DNA from: Rebecca billardiae RCC1528
Taxonomy: Eukaryota; Protista; Haptophyta
Assembly: GCA_965240325.2 (NCBI GenBank)
Contig: OZ251234.1
Span: 186,001-250,000 of the forward strand
Length of the DNA: 64,000 bases
Direction: 5' to 3'
The first letter of the stretch is position 1; each line of letters opens with the position of its first letter. Position numbers and translations under genes: made by a program. A model generated the notes under the pieces. The model did no database searches. It had not been told where the DNA came from and saw only the letters and a list, made by a program, of their open reading frames with translations. This document shows, piece by piece, positions 11,860 through 25,928 of the stretch.

Positions 11860-12603
11860 TCACCACACGAACGGAATCAGGCGCGGTGTACGCGCCGCCC
11901 ATTCGCGGAACTCGTCGCCATACCGCCCCTCCAGGTACGCGTCGAGCTCGGGCACGTGGTGGAAGGCGAAGCCGTACGCAATGGCAGCAGGCAGGCACGC
12001 TGCCCACGGGCTGCCGCTCAGCGCCGCCCAGCCGCTGAAGAGGAGGATGTCGCCGAAGTAGTTGACGTGCATGGAGAGCGCCCACAGGCCCTGCGTGTAG
12101 CAGTGGCCCTTGTTCTCCGGCCGCGCCTTCCACGCCTTGCGCTCCAGCTCGGAGGCGCTGTTGAGGTAGCTCCCACACAGCACCAGCGCACAGCTGAGCC
12201 AGTCGAGAGGCGCGCAGTCCGCAAAGTGCGGCCACGCCACGCCGCTACTCAGCAGCGCGGAGCCGGCGGCCCAGAGGGCCATGAACACGCCCAAGGGCAC
12301 GGCCTCCGCCAGCTTCACGCGCCGATGCAGCAGGTAGAAGAGAGTCAGCGCGTGCCGCGCCCAGTAGAGCAGCACGGCCGCGAGGCACAGCGCGCTGCGC
12401 AGCTCGGCGCGCGGCCTCAGGCCGAGCCGCGACACGCCGCCAAAGGCGACGAGCCACACGGCGGTGGCGACGCCGATGGTGTGCAGGGCAAAGAAGAGGA
12501 GTTTCACACCGAGGGCCCCACCGTGCTCGCGGTTGGCCAGCGCAGAGGAGAGCAGAGCGGCGCTGGGAACGTCGGCCTCGCGCTGGGCGGACGTCATGCT
12601 CAT
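11860..12603 (-). CDS. DUF1295 / steroid 5-alpha-reductase-like membrane protein, intronless
   Basis: Several TMs; YLNSASELERKAWKARPENKGHCYTQGLWALSMHVNYFGDILLFSGW, YLEGRYGDEF..W...TPRLIPF. Confidence 0.85.
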   Translation of the reverse strand: MSMTSAQREADVPSAALLSSALANREHGGALGVKLLFFALHTIGVATAVWLVAFGGVSRLGLRPRAELRSALCLAAVLLYWARHALTLFYLLHRRVKLAEAVPLGVFMALWAAGSALLSSGVAWPHFADCAPLDWLSCALVLCGSYLNSASELERKAWKARPENKGHCYTQGLWALSMHVNYFGDILLFSGWAALSGSPWAACLPAAIAYGFAFHHVPELDAYLEGRYGDEFREWAARTPRLIPFVW

Positions 12604-12850
12604 CGGCGTTCAATATCGCGGCTGTCGCCGTCGCCGACGGCGAAAAAAAAGTGAAGAACCCAACCGCCGATTCGATGGACGTCGGTGGGCGATGGCGGGC
12701 GCATTGCGGCGCACGCGCAACGGCCGCTCAAGAGCGCCGTGCGCACACGGTGTGGGTCTTCTGGGGGTCTATTAAGATCAGCTACGCACTCTCAGTTGCG
12801 CCGGCCACACTTGCTTCCGGCAGGCAGGAAGGCACATTGCATGCCGGATG

Positions 12851-15366
<2,516 letters not shown>

Positions 15367-15658
15367 GTGCGCGGTGCGCGGCCGAGCGGGCGCCGGCGGC
15401 GGCGAGCCCCCGCCCCGCGTCGGCTCCTCCCGGCTCGGCGTGTGCAGACGGCCCGTGTCCGCTTGACGGTCGGCCGAGCCGCGGTCTGCAATGCAAGCAA
15501 TGCCGGCCGGCTCAACGCTGTCCGCGTCGTCAGGCTGTGTCTCGTCAGCACTGCACGCGTGAGTGTGGCCCATCATGGACAACAGGCCATGCACTGTGAC
15601 GTCTCTCCCTTGTGCGTGCGCTGACGATGTATCATCATGTGCTGAGTCCTACTTATAT

Positions 15659-17817
15659 TAGAGGGGTCAGAGCCCAACTGGCGGGTGCGTGGCCCAAAAT
15701 CCAACTTCCTGACTGTCGACGACAGGTTGCACGGAGAAATGACCGCCCGCGACTGACAGATGTTACATTCACAGTGGACGCGACTTGTGACCTGTCCACC
15801 CGTCTTTCGGTACATCGCGCCCGTCCCATGGCGGCCGGCGCGTGGCGCGAGTGCTTGGAAACCACGGAGCACACGAATGCCGGTGGTTTCCGACCTTCGC
15901 CGCCACGGCCCGCCTCCCCGTTCGCCCGCAATCGGTACCGCAGTCTGGTGCCCAGTTCCTCTCACTCCCGCGTCGGCAGTGGCGCGAAGCCGAAGCGCAT
16001 CGGGAAGAAGCACAACTGGGACCTGGATACAGGTGGTAGAAAGAGCCTTCAAGGAGGCTGCCGTCGCGAACGAGCAGGATGCGCCGGTTGTAGTATGCGC
16101 GTGCACCCTTGCACGAACGTGTGCTGGTCTCCTGCTGCACTGCTCATACCGTACGCACGAGCACGCAACCGTGCGCATTCGCGCTCAGGTGGCTCGGACC
16201 ACACACGCGAGTGCTTGTGAAGCTCGCCTCACGAGGCCTTCGTAGAAGAAGGCGGGCAACCGGAGCGCGCTAAGGAAGCAGAAGACGATGCTCGCCAAAC
16301 GCGTCCAGCGCGCGAGGGCGAAGCTTGCTACGGCGCGCGCGGCCTCTGCTGTTGCAGCTCGGGCCGCTGCTCCGGCCGTGCAGGCGTCTGGCGCGGGGTC
16401 CTCGGACAAGCAGGCGAACTCTGGGCAGTCTGCCTTTGCCGCCGGCAAGAAGTATCGGAAGCGCACGCATTTGGTCGAGCGCGTGGCGCGCTCGCGCGCC
16501 GTGACGCAGCAAGCAGGCGATCCTTGACAAGCGCCTCGCTGACGCTCCGCAGGCCGAGGCAACGAGCTCGGCGCTCGACCACGCTGACAGGCACGCCCTG
16601 AGTGAGGGGGAAGGCACCTTTCGAGACAGCACTCAGGCGCTCGACGTTGAGTATCTCATTGATCGCGCGCGTGTGTGATCACGTCAGCAAGACTAAGTCG
16701 CGCGAGGTGGAGTAGGTGGTAGCGCGCCTCTTCGCCGCATCATCCGCAGCTGACTGGCGTGCACCCACCAGCTCGCTCACGTCGCGCGCGGCAGCGGTCG
16801 GCTTCCACCCTGTTCGCACAGCGCGGCGCCGGCTGCACCGCCCGTTCCGCTGGACGCCGGCTCGCTCGTCGTTGACGACTTCTTCTTCAACCCGGTCGCG
16901 CGGGCGCGGTGATGGTACACTCCGGCAGGCAGATGCGGCGCACTGTCTGATGCTCTATGCGTGCGTGTGCCTTTCCACAACGTTGACTCGGGCTGCTACG
17001 CGTGGCATCCAGCTCGAGGCGGAGGTCGCCAGGGCTCGCCCAAGGTCGAATCTGCCTTGCGTGTGCTGGGTCGCCGAGGTGCGGCCGCAGGGTGCTCGCT
17101 GGCTGACTCCTGACGATGACGAGGAGTTGCGCGCCGTCGCAACCTCTCGCACGTATCGTGCCGACCGCGAGTCGAGTGGATGACGCTCGTGGCGGCTGCT
17201 CTTCAAATGACGCGGTCGGGCCCTTGGCGAGCTTGGGAGGAGGGCTCGGTCTGCTACATGTGCGTCAGTAGTCACGGCCTAAACCGTGCGCAAGACTCAT
17301 TGAGTCGTACATGGCGCGGCAGCAACGGCCGCACCCGCGAGCGGGGCACCGTGGGCGGGCAGCCATGCTCCAAAGGGCCGAAATGTAACACCAAGGTCAG
17401 TTTCCCGTGCAACCTGTCCGACGTCGTCTTCGGAGATGAGGCTCTCAAACTTCGGGATGTCAATATTCGCCTGAAATGAGCTGGGGTCACGCTGACAAGT
17501 TTTGCGGAAAAATGTCACATACTGGAGATATACGACCTCAATCTCGACGCGATCTCGGCAACATTAGTACTATAGTAGGGGAGATACACGATCTCCAAGG
17601 TGATCTCGCTATTTGCACCAGAATCGCACCGTCTAGATCACATTTTGGCAGTCTGAAATTGGCACAGGCGGATTCTACACCCTGGAATTAAGCCTTAACG
17701 CCCGTACTAACTAGTTCGTCCAAGTAAATACCAGTGCGGATAGTTCATGCTAAGAGATTTCGGGAGATTATGAATATGGCACCCGAGAGTGTAACGGTCG
17801 GAGCTCTGACCCCTCTA
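15659..17817. mobile_element. Non-autonomous TIR element with 9-bp TSD (Mutator-like)
   Basis: TIR TAGAGGGGTCAGAGC / GCTCTGACCCCTCTA. TSD TACTTATAT at 15650-15658 and 17818-17826. Inverted subterminal block GACAGGTTGCACGG at ~15721 and ~17405-17418. Confidence 0.8.
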
Positions 17818-17825
17818 TACTTATA

Positions 17826-17827
<2 letters not shown>

Positions 17828-17879
<52 letters not shown>
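17828..17879 (+). repeat. (ATT)n microsatellite
   Basis: About 17 ATT units; source of the spurious poly-Ile ORF. Confidence 0.95.
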
Positions 17880-18152
17880 GTTTATAATAATAATAATAAA
17901 TATACTGCGGGCCGGCCCGTCTTATTAATTTTTAGTGGTGGGCTCGACAACTGCTTGATTTTTTCCTGCATCTGCAGGCATACGCTCAAACTACCCGATT
18001 TCGATCAGCCTTGAGTGTCGGTCCGTGTCAGTGCCCATCAGGCGGCCCGCGGCACCGCGCCACCGGGGCCGGGCCCCGCCGGCCACGGCTGGTCCCGGAC
18101 CGTCCAGCACTGATACTGATTCCATCACTTAACGGGCATGCCAAATATATTT

Positions 18153-19939
18153 AAACTCAGCCCTGGCGGGCGGGGGGGGTCGGCGGGCCGTGCCAGTGCT
18201 GTCGCAATATTTCCCCAGCGGGTTCGCGCCTTTTATTTATAGCGGTTTGACGGGCAGGATGACTACGAATAATAACAATGCGACATCATACCGAGATGAT
18301 TGTGAGCTACCCGACTCACTGACGAATAATAACGCGACAGATGACTCTGGTGCGAGCTCAGCGACAGTGTGATTGCGCGTGTATTCCTGCACCCACTGTG
18401 ATGCTACTCGTCATCGTGCCGAGCCTTCGACTGCGCGCACGCACTGCCAACTGATTGGCGTGCGACGGCGGCGTGCCCGTGTGCGCCTGACGGTGACGGT
18501 TTGTCCTTGGAGCTAAACACGAAAACAGTTCAAGTTGTGGCGGAGTGTGATGTTCAGTGCATCCTACCGATTTCTGTCTCTCTGTCTCTCTGTCTCTCTA
18601 TGTTGATTTCTAACGGTTATTATTATTTGAAATCAGTGTAATGGGCCCGGTCTTTATATTAAAATCGTACGTACCGTTTTACTGTCATTGACTACTGTCT
18701 AGTCATAGTATCTCCCGGCGACTGCACCCGCGTTGCGCCACTTCGGCGGTGACGGCGATGGCGTGCTGATCGCCCTCAACGCAAGGAGCGGTGGCGATGC
18801 TCAGGTCGACGTGTCTCTCGCGCGCGCGGTGGTGCGCAGCGCGCGCAGAGGCCCGTGCGGCGCTGAGGTGCTCCAGCTGGGCGGCGGCGCCGGTCGCGAT
18901 CAACGGTGGGCACGCGCTGCTCGAGCAGGCACACGAAGCGCAGCGCATGCGTCACCGGCTTCACGACGTCGGCCTCCTCCCGCAGCGCCCGTGCCATGGT
19001 GGAGGATGGCGCGGCGATCTTGCACGCTCGGCGACTCATTTCTCTGCGAAAGAGCGCTTTGGCTCGGTCATAGCGCGCTGTCGCCTGCGCCGCCGACTCG
19101 CGAAGATGCGGTTCCTGCCACGGCTGCAAACCCGGCAGGTGCGTGCGGTGCGCGTCGTACGCCGCTTTGCGCTGCCCCTCCGTCGCATTGGCCACTGTCG
19201 ACGCCATGCAGGCTGGACGTGGGCCCCCGAGCGCCGAGCGATCTTTGGCCGCGAGCTCGCGAGCGCGAAAGATGATCGCTGGTCAGGAGTCCTGTGCGGT
19301 AGCAAACGGATTTGCATGCGCCCGACCTTGCCAACCGGGGCACGCGACAGTCCGGTGTGTGGATTCCGGTTATGGTGTTCAGAAGGCCGCGCCAAATCTT
19401 GCGTCGCGTGCGATGGCGCTTCCCGCCCGCGAGACGCCTCGTGATGAGGGCCTTTCCGCACCGAACTCGACGCGCGACGGTGGATCGCTCGGAGTGGCTG
19501 TCGTGCGCAGCGCTTAATATTATGGCCCGTGCGAGCGCTCAACGTGCAAGTCGGGCGAGGACCGCCCCAGGTCGCACGATCGTGTCGACGCGCCGAGCGT
19601 GCCTCCAAACGCGTCGACTTTGGCCCCCGTTCGACCTGCACGCGAGACGACGAGGGCAGCAATCGCGAATCGGGCGAAAACACGTCTCGGGAATCCTCGC
19701 GCGATGTCTGTGCCGGCGTTGGATTCGGCGCGCGCCGCCCACGCGCTCCGCGCCATCCAGGACTCTCTTTCGGCCGAGCGTCCCCAGTGGGAGCTGCAAG
19801 GGCGCCCGGTAGTGAGCGAAGCGACCCGGCAGCGAGGGAGGCGATTTTCTTTTCTTTGCGAGGCGATTTTCTTTTTTCTTTTTCTTTTTCTTATCTTTTT
19901 CCCGGGCACTACAAGGGGCGGACCTACGGCCCGCCATAA
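18153..19939 (-). mobile_element. Non-autonomous Helitron2/Helentron-like element, copy 1
   Basis: About 1.79 kb, nearly identical to 20054-21841. Asymmetric inverted repeat GGCGGGCCGT (18182) / ACGGCCCGCC (19926), hairpins at both ends, A/T-run flanks, no TSD, internal CTGTCTCT microsatellite. Confidence 0.6.
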
Positions 19940-20053
19940 TAACCGTTACCGTACTCTGTCGTAGTCCGCAAAATACTATATTCGTCCGCCATCAATGATC
20001 AAAAATATAGGCGCTGACGGCTGAGTCACCCGGCGCTAAAAAGCCAGCAGCAA

Positions 20054-21841
20054 AAACTCAGCCCTGGCGGGCGGGGGGGTCGGCGGGCCGTGCCAGTGCT
20101 GTCGCAATATTTCCCCAGCGGGTTCGCGCCTTTTATTTATAGCGGTTTGACGGGCAGGATGACTACGAATAATAACAATGCGACATCATACCGAGATGAT
20201 TGTGAGCTACCCGACTCACTGACGAATAATAACGCGACAGATGACTCTGGTGCGAGCTCAGCGACAGTGTGATTGCGCGTGTATTCCTGCACCCACTGTG
20301 ATGCTACTCGTCATCGTGCCGAGCCTTCGACTGCGCGCACGCACTGCCAACTGATTGGCGTGCGACGGCGGCGTGCCCGTGTGCGCCTGACGGTGACGGT
20401 TTGTCCTTGGAGCTAAACACGAAAACAGTTCAAGTTGTGGCGGAGTGTGATGTTCAGTGCATCCTACCGATTTCTGTCTCTCTGTCTCTCTGTCTCTCTA
20501 TGTCGGATTTCTAACGGTTATTATTATTTGAAATCAGTGTAATGGGCCCGGTCTTTATATTAAAATCGTACGTACCGTTTTACTGTCATTGACTACTGTC
20601 TAGTCATAGTATCTCCCGGCGACTGCACCCGCGTTGCGCCACTTCGGCGGTGACGGCGATGGCGTGCTGATCGCCCTCAACGCAAGGAGCGGTGGCGATG
20701 CTCAGGTCGACGTGTCTCTCGCGCGCGCGGTGGTGCGCAGCGCGCGCAGAGGCCCGTGCGGCGCTGAGGTGCTCCAGCTGGGCGGCGGCGCCGGTCGCGA
20801 TCAACGGTGGGCACGCGCTGCTCGAGCAGGCACACGAAGCGCAGCGCATGCGTCACCGGCTTCACGACGTCGGCCTCCTCCCGCAGCGCCCGTGCCATGG
20901 TGGAGGATGGCGCGGCGATCTTGCACGCTCGGCGACTCATTTCTCTGCGAAAGAGCGCTTTGGCTCGGTCATAGCGCGCTGTCGCCTGCGCCGCCGACTC
21001 GCGAAGATGCGGTTCCTGCCACGGCTGCAAACCCGGCAGGTGCGTGCGGCCGCGCGTCGTACGCCGCTTTGCGCTGCCCCTCCGTCGCATTGGCCACTGT
21101 CGACGCCATGCAGGCTGGACGTGGGCCCCCGAGCGCCGAGCGATCTTTGGCCGCGAGCTCGCGAGCGCGAAAGATGATCGCTGGTCAGGAGTCCTGTGCG
21201 GTAGCAAACGGATTTGCATGCGCCCGACCTTGCCAACCGGGGCACGCGACAGTCCGGTGTGTGGATTCCGGTTATGGTGTTCAGAAGGCCGCGCCAAATC
21301 TTGCGTCGCGTGCGATGGCGCTTCCCGCCCGCGAGACGCCTCGTGATGAGGGCCTTTCCGCACCGAACTCGACGCGCGACGGTGGATCGCTCGGAGTGGC
21401 TGTCGTGCGCAGCGCTTAATATTATGGCCCGTGCGAGCGCTCAACGTGCAAGTCGGGCGAGGACCGCCCCAGGTCGCACGATCGTGTCGACGCGCCGAGC
21501 GTGCCTCCAAACGCGTCGACTTTGGCCCCCGTTCGACCTGCACGCGAGACGACGAGGGCAGCAATCGCGAATCGGGCGAAAACACGTCTCGGGAATCCTC
21601 GCGCGATGTCTGCGCCGGCGTTGGATTCGGCGCGCGCCGCCCACGCGCTCCGCGCCATCCAGGACTCTCTTTCGGCCGAGCGTCCCCAGTGGGAGCTGCA
21701 AGGGCGCCCGGTAGTGAGCGAAGCGACCCGGCAGCGAGGGAGGCGATTTTCTTTTCTTTGCGAGGCGATTTTCTTTTTTCTTTTTCTTTTTCTTATCTTT
21801 TTCCCGGGCACTACAAGGGGCGGACCTACGGCCCGCCATAA
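20054..21841 (-). mobile_element. Non-autonomous Helitron2/Helentron-like element, copy 2
   Basis: Direct repeat of 18153-19939 with only a handful of differences, separated from it by ~114 bp of unique sequence. Confidence 0.6.
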
Positions 21842-22002
21842 AGTGATGATATAACTAATATATAAAGTGGCAGTGCGTATTAGATCGACGACTGAGTCTG
21901 CTAATCGGATTCGTCGCGGATCGACTGATTGACAGACGAGCAGATCGATATGATACTACGACTCGTCATCAGTCTGATATCATAAAGTGCTGTCGTCATT
22001 TA

Positions 22003-23941
22003 CCAGGTCGTTCCCCCTGCACTGGGAATCCGCGGTTTCGCACTATTCAGAGCGCGAGGCCGCGGCATAGCAACGCAGATTTAGCGTTCCGCTTCCTCTA
22101 TCAGACCACTTGAACGATCTAATCAAGGTTTCCAATTGAAAATGACGAAACCAGATCCTCCATTCGAGAAGCCAAATCCCGAGCGCGGCAAAGCCGTGGA
22201 ACGCAGTAATCAGCCTCGTCAGCGATAGTCCGCTCACGAAATCGATGCGCTGGAAATGAGTTCTTCGCGTGCAACCGGAGCGGCGGGAGCCCTCCCGCGG
22301 GTGCGGAGCACCGATTCTGACCCGCCCCCTGCGGCTGGGCGGCGAGTGCGATGCAGCTGGCCCGGCGCTGGGGGGCGCGCCCGGGCCATGGCGCTGCGGG
22401 CGCGGATGTGCTTGCGGAGCCGGCGTGCGTGGACGGGCTGTTGCGGGAGAGTATCTGCCGCCCTCCTGCGCCGCGCGACTTGCGCCAAGCCTCTTTCGCC
22501 TCGGCTCAGGGCAGCGCGCACGCGCGCGCCGCCTCCGAGGCCAGCCTTCGGCCTGCGCCGCAGCCGACCGCGCGCGCGCCGTGCGCGGCGTGGTCGGGAA
22601 GGAACGGGCGCGGCTGCCGGGCGAGATGGCGATATCATGTGGGCACGCCATGCCGCCCCGCCACGCCTTGCCGAGCGTGTCGCTGGTCCGTTTGCACGCC
22701 TCTTCGAGTTGTCACAAATGGTGTGCACGGCCTCGCGGTCGTGACCGCTGGGGGCCGCGCCCGGGCCAGGGCGCTGCGGGCGCGGATGTGCTTGCGGAGC
22801 CGGCGTGCGTGGACGGGCTGTTGCGGGAGAGTATCTGCCGCCCTCCTGCGCCGCGCGACTTGCGCCAAGCCTCTTTCGCCTCGGCTCAGGGCAGCGCGCA
22901 CGCGCGCGCCGCCTCCGAGGCCAGCCTTCGGCCTGCGCCGCAGCCGACCGCGTGCGCGCCGTGCGCGGCGTGGTCGGGAAGGAACGGGCACGGCTGCCGG
23001 GCGAGATGGCGATATCATGTGCGCACGCCATGCCGCCCCGCCACGCCTTGCCGAGCGTGTCGCTGGTCCGTTTGCACGCCTCTTCGAGTTGTCACACTAT
23101 GAATGGTGTGCACGGCCTCGCGGTCGTGACCCTTGTCGGGACGATCATTGAGACACAGAACAGTGCCAAGCGGGCACGCGGGATACTCTTACATGAATGT
23201 TCATCACCGCGTGGTCGTGTAGAAGTGCTGGGTGCGACGCTTTCCTCGCGCGGATGCACTTTCATCATCTTCTTCGAGCTCCGAGGTCTGGCTTCAGGCA
23301 CGACAAGAAATCAGCACTCGTCAACAGCTGTGCGGATCCGTTATCGTGCCCTTTCGCGGCGCCGCGGGGCGGCATGGCGTGCGCACATGATGTCGTCATC
23401 TCGCCCGGCAGCACCCCCCGTTCCTTCCCGACCACGCCGCGCACGGCGCGCGCGCGGTTGCGGCTGCGGCGCGGCACGGTGCGGCCTGGCCTCCGAGGCG
23501 GCGCGCGCGTGCGCGCTGCCCTGAGCCGCGGCGAAAAGAGGCGTGGCGCGAGACGCGCGGCGCAGGAGGGCGCCATATACTCTCCCGCAACAGCCTGTCC
23601 ACGCAAGCCGGCTCCGCGAGCACATCCGCGCCCGCAGCGCCGTGCCCCGGGCGCGCCGGCCGCCAACGGCGCTCGGCCGCCTTCGCCTGCCCGCCCTGCC
23701 GCCGAGGGCAAAGGTCAAGATTTGGTCGGCCCTCGCCTGCCGAGCCGCCACCGGGGGGGCTCCCTGCACCATCTATCTCATTGCGGCTCAATTTTGGGAT
23801 TGCGAGACCAGCTCATCGATTGACGCACATCCGCACCCGCGAGACCTGAAATCTTATTCGCGGGTAGCGACGGGTGCGTCCTGCGGCTGTTTTTCTCTTA
23901 TGTCCAAACCGCGGATTCCCAGTGCAGGGGGAACGACCTGG
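22003..23941. mobile_element. Non-autonomous DNA transposon with 36-bp perfect TIRs and TA TSD
   Basis: TA|CCAGGTCGTTCCCCCTGCACTGGGAATCCGCGGTTT and its exact reverse complement ending at 23941|TA. Internal 380-bp tandem duplication plus an inverted third copy. Confidence 0.88.
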
Positions 23942-23998
23942 TAATCAGATCGATCGAATATGATCTCGAGACGGAGAGTCACGGAGCCTCATCGAGCC

Positions 23999-24011
23999 AG
24001 AGAGAGAGAGT

Positions 24012-24100
<89 letters not shown>
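23999..24100 (+). repeat. (GA)n microsatellite
   Basis: About 50 GA units with three interruptions. Confidence 0.95.
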
Positions 24101-24734
24101 GCTCGACACTTCATCATCACTCGTCCGATTATACTCATATCTGATTCGTCTGAATCGGGCAGCCGTACAGTAGTCACTCGTGACTCGTCAGACCGGTTTT
24201 AATATAATAGTTACTGACGCCCTATAATACGACGGTATAATATTGCTTGCTGATCCGCCGTGAGACGACTCTCAGCGAAAGTTGGTTGGCGCTTGGCTCG
24301 ACCCGGCGCAAACCCCGCGGTGATGGCTGATGCACACAAGCCACGAGAGCAGCTCGCTGGACGCCTTTCCGCCGCGCCGGCCGAACACGGCTCAACAGGC
24401 CGCCGGCGCGCCGCCGCGGTTAGCGCGCTCGCCGCCGCCGCGCTCCTGCCTCGACAGCTCGCCGCCCGCTGCTGCCGCCACGGCGCCGGCTGGTGGCGGT
24501 GCCGCTCGCACTCGGCGTGGCCATGCTCGCCGCACGCTGCATGCACGCCGCCGCTCGCTGCCGCTCGCCCGCAGAGGGGCGAGCGCGCGCCCGCGCAGCT
24601 CAACAACAGCCTTCTGCCGCGCCGTTGGCGCGCTCGCTGCCGCCGCACTCCTGCCTCGTCAGCTCGCCGCCCGCTGCTGCCACCACGGCGCGCGGCAGCG
24701 GTGCCGCTCGCACTCGGCGTGCACCCTACCGCTC

Positions 24735-25049
24735 GAGAGGCTCTGCCTCTCGCGGAGCGCAGCGCTTGCCCGACCGCCCCACCGCGCTCACGAGGCCCTG
24801 CCTCTCGCGGCGGGCGGCTCACGCCCCACCGCTTGCGAGGCCCTGCCTCTCGCGGCGCGCGGCTCACGCCCCACCGCTCACGAGGCCCTGCCTCTCGCGG
24901 CGCGCGGCTCACGCCCCACCGCTCGAGAGGCCCTGCCTCTCGCGGCGCGCGGCTCACGCCCCACCGCTCACGATGCCCTGCCTCTCGCGGCGCGCGGCTC
25001 ACGCCCCACCGCTCGAGAGGCCCTGCCTCTCGCGGCGCGCGGCTCACGC
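24735..25049 (+). repeat. 45-bp minisatellite, about 7 copies
   Basis: Unit GAGGCCCTGCCTCTCGCGGCGCGCGGCTCACGCCCCACCGCTCAC, recurring every 45 bp (24792, 24837, 24882, 24927...). Confidence 0.9.
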
Positions 25050-25494
25050 GCGCCACCTGTCGCGCGCGCCGCCCGCTCGTCGTCAGCATGCGCCGATACG
25101 CGCCGCTCGAGCCGGCTCTGCCGCTCGCGGCCCGGTCACGCCGCCAGGCCCGGCACTGCCGCCAGTGGCTCGCACCCGTCGCTCGAGCCGGCTCTGCCGC
25201 TCGCGGCCCGGCTCTGATGCGCGCCGCATGACTACCTTTGCTGCGCCGAGTGCGCGCGTCACGACCGCGCCGCGCGTGCGCCTGGCGCGCCTCGCCCATC
25301 ATCGGTGCGCGCCGGTGCCTGCCGCTCGGGCTGGCACTGGCGCTCGCGGTGCGGACCGCACCCGTCCCGGCCTGCTGCTGCCAGTGCCTCGCCCAAGGGT
25401 GTCCAACGTGCTCACCTCCCAGTGTTGGAGAGAGGTGATACTGTGTCTCTACCAAGCCTCGTAGCGTGTAGCGTGGGCGGAGGGTGCAAAGGGG

Positions 25495-25928
25495 TGATGT
25501 CGCCACGAGGTCGCTGCGAGAATAAAAAGAAATCAGTGTTGGAGTCTAAGCTTTCGTGGCGACCTCGTAGCGACCTCGCAGCCGTCGCCACGAGATCGTG
25601 GCGACTTCGCCACGATCTCGTGGCGACATCCGGATGTCGCCACGAGATCGCCACGATCTCGTGGCGACATCCGGATGTCGCCACGAGATCGTGGCGACAC
25701 TGTCCGATGTCGCCACGACGTCGCCACGATCTCGTGGCGACATCCGGATGTCGCCACGACGTCGCCACGACGTCGTGGCGACATCCGGATGTCGCCACGA
25801 GATCGTGGCGACACTGTCCGATGTCGCCACGACGTCGCCACGATCTCGTGGCGACGTCCGAATGTCGCCACGAGATCGTGGCGACGTCGTGGCGACATCC
25901 GGATGTCGCCACGACGTCGTGGCGACCT
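25495..25928. repeat. Dense palindromic array of GTCGCCACG/CGTGGCGAC with ATCCGGAT spacers
   Basis: Directly visible; more than 20 copies of the 9-mer in alternating orientation. Confidence 0.9.

Noticed and set aside
17734-17928. Poly-Ile and poly-RE/SL small ORFs (also 23989-24202)
   Set aside because: Translations of ATT and GA microsatellites.
18153-21841. LTR pair of a retrotransposon
   Set aside because: No TG..CA ends, PBS, PPT or TSD; only ~114 bp between copies; the ends fit a rolling-circle element better.
24735-25049. Repeat-protein ORFs (24211-25506 etc.)
   Set aside because: A 45-bp minisatellite open in several frames on both strands, with no codon bias.
25495-25928. Possible CRISPR array
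   Set aside because: No unique spacers, repeats are nested palindromes, no cas genes, eukaryotic context.
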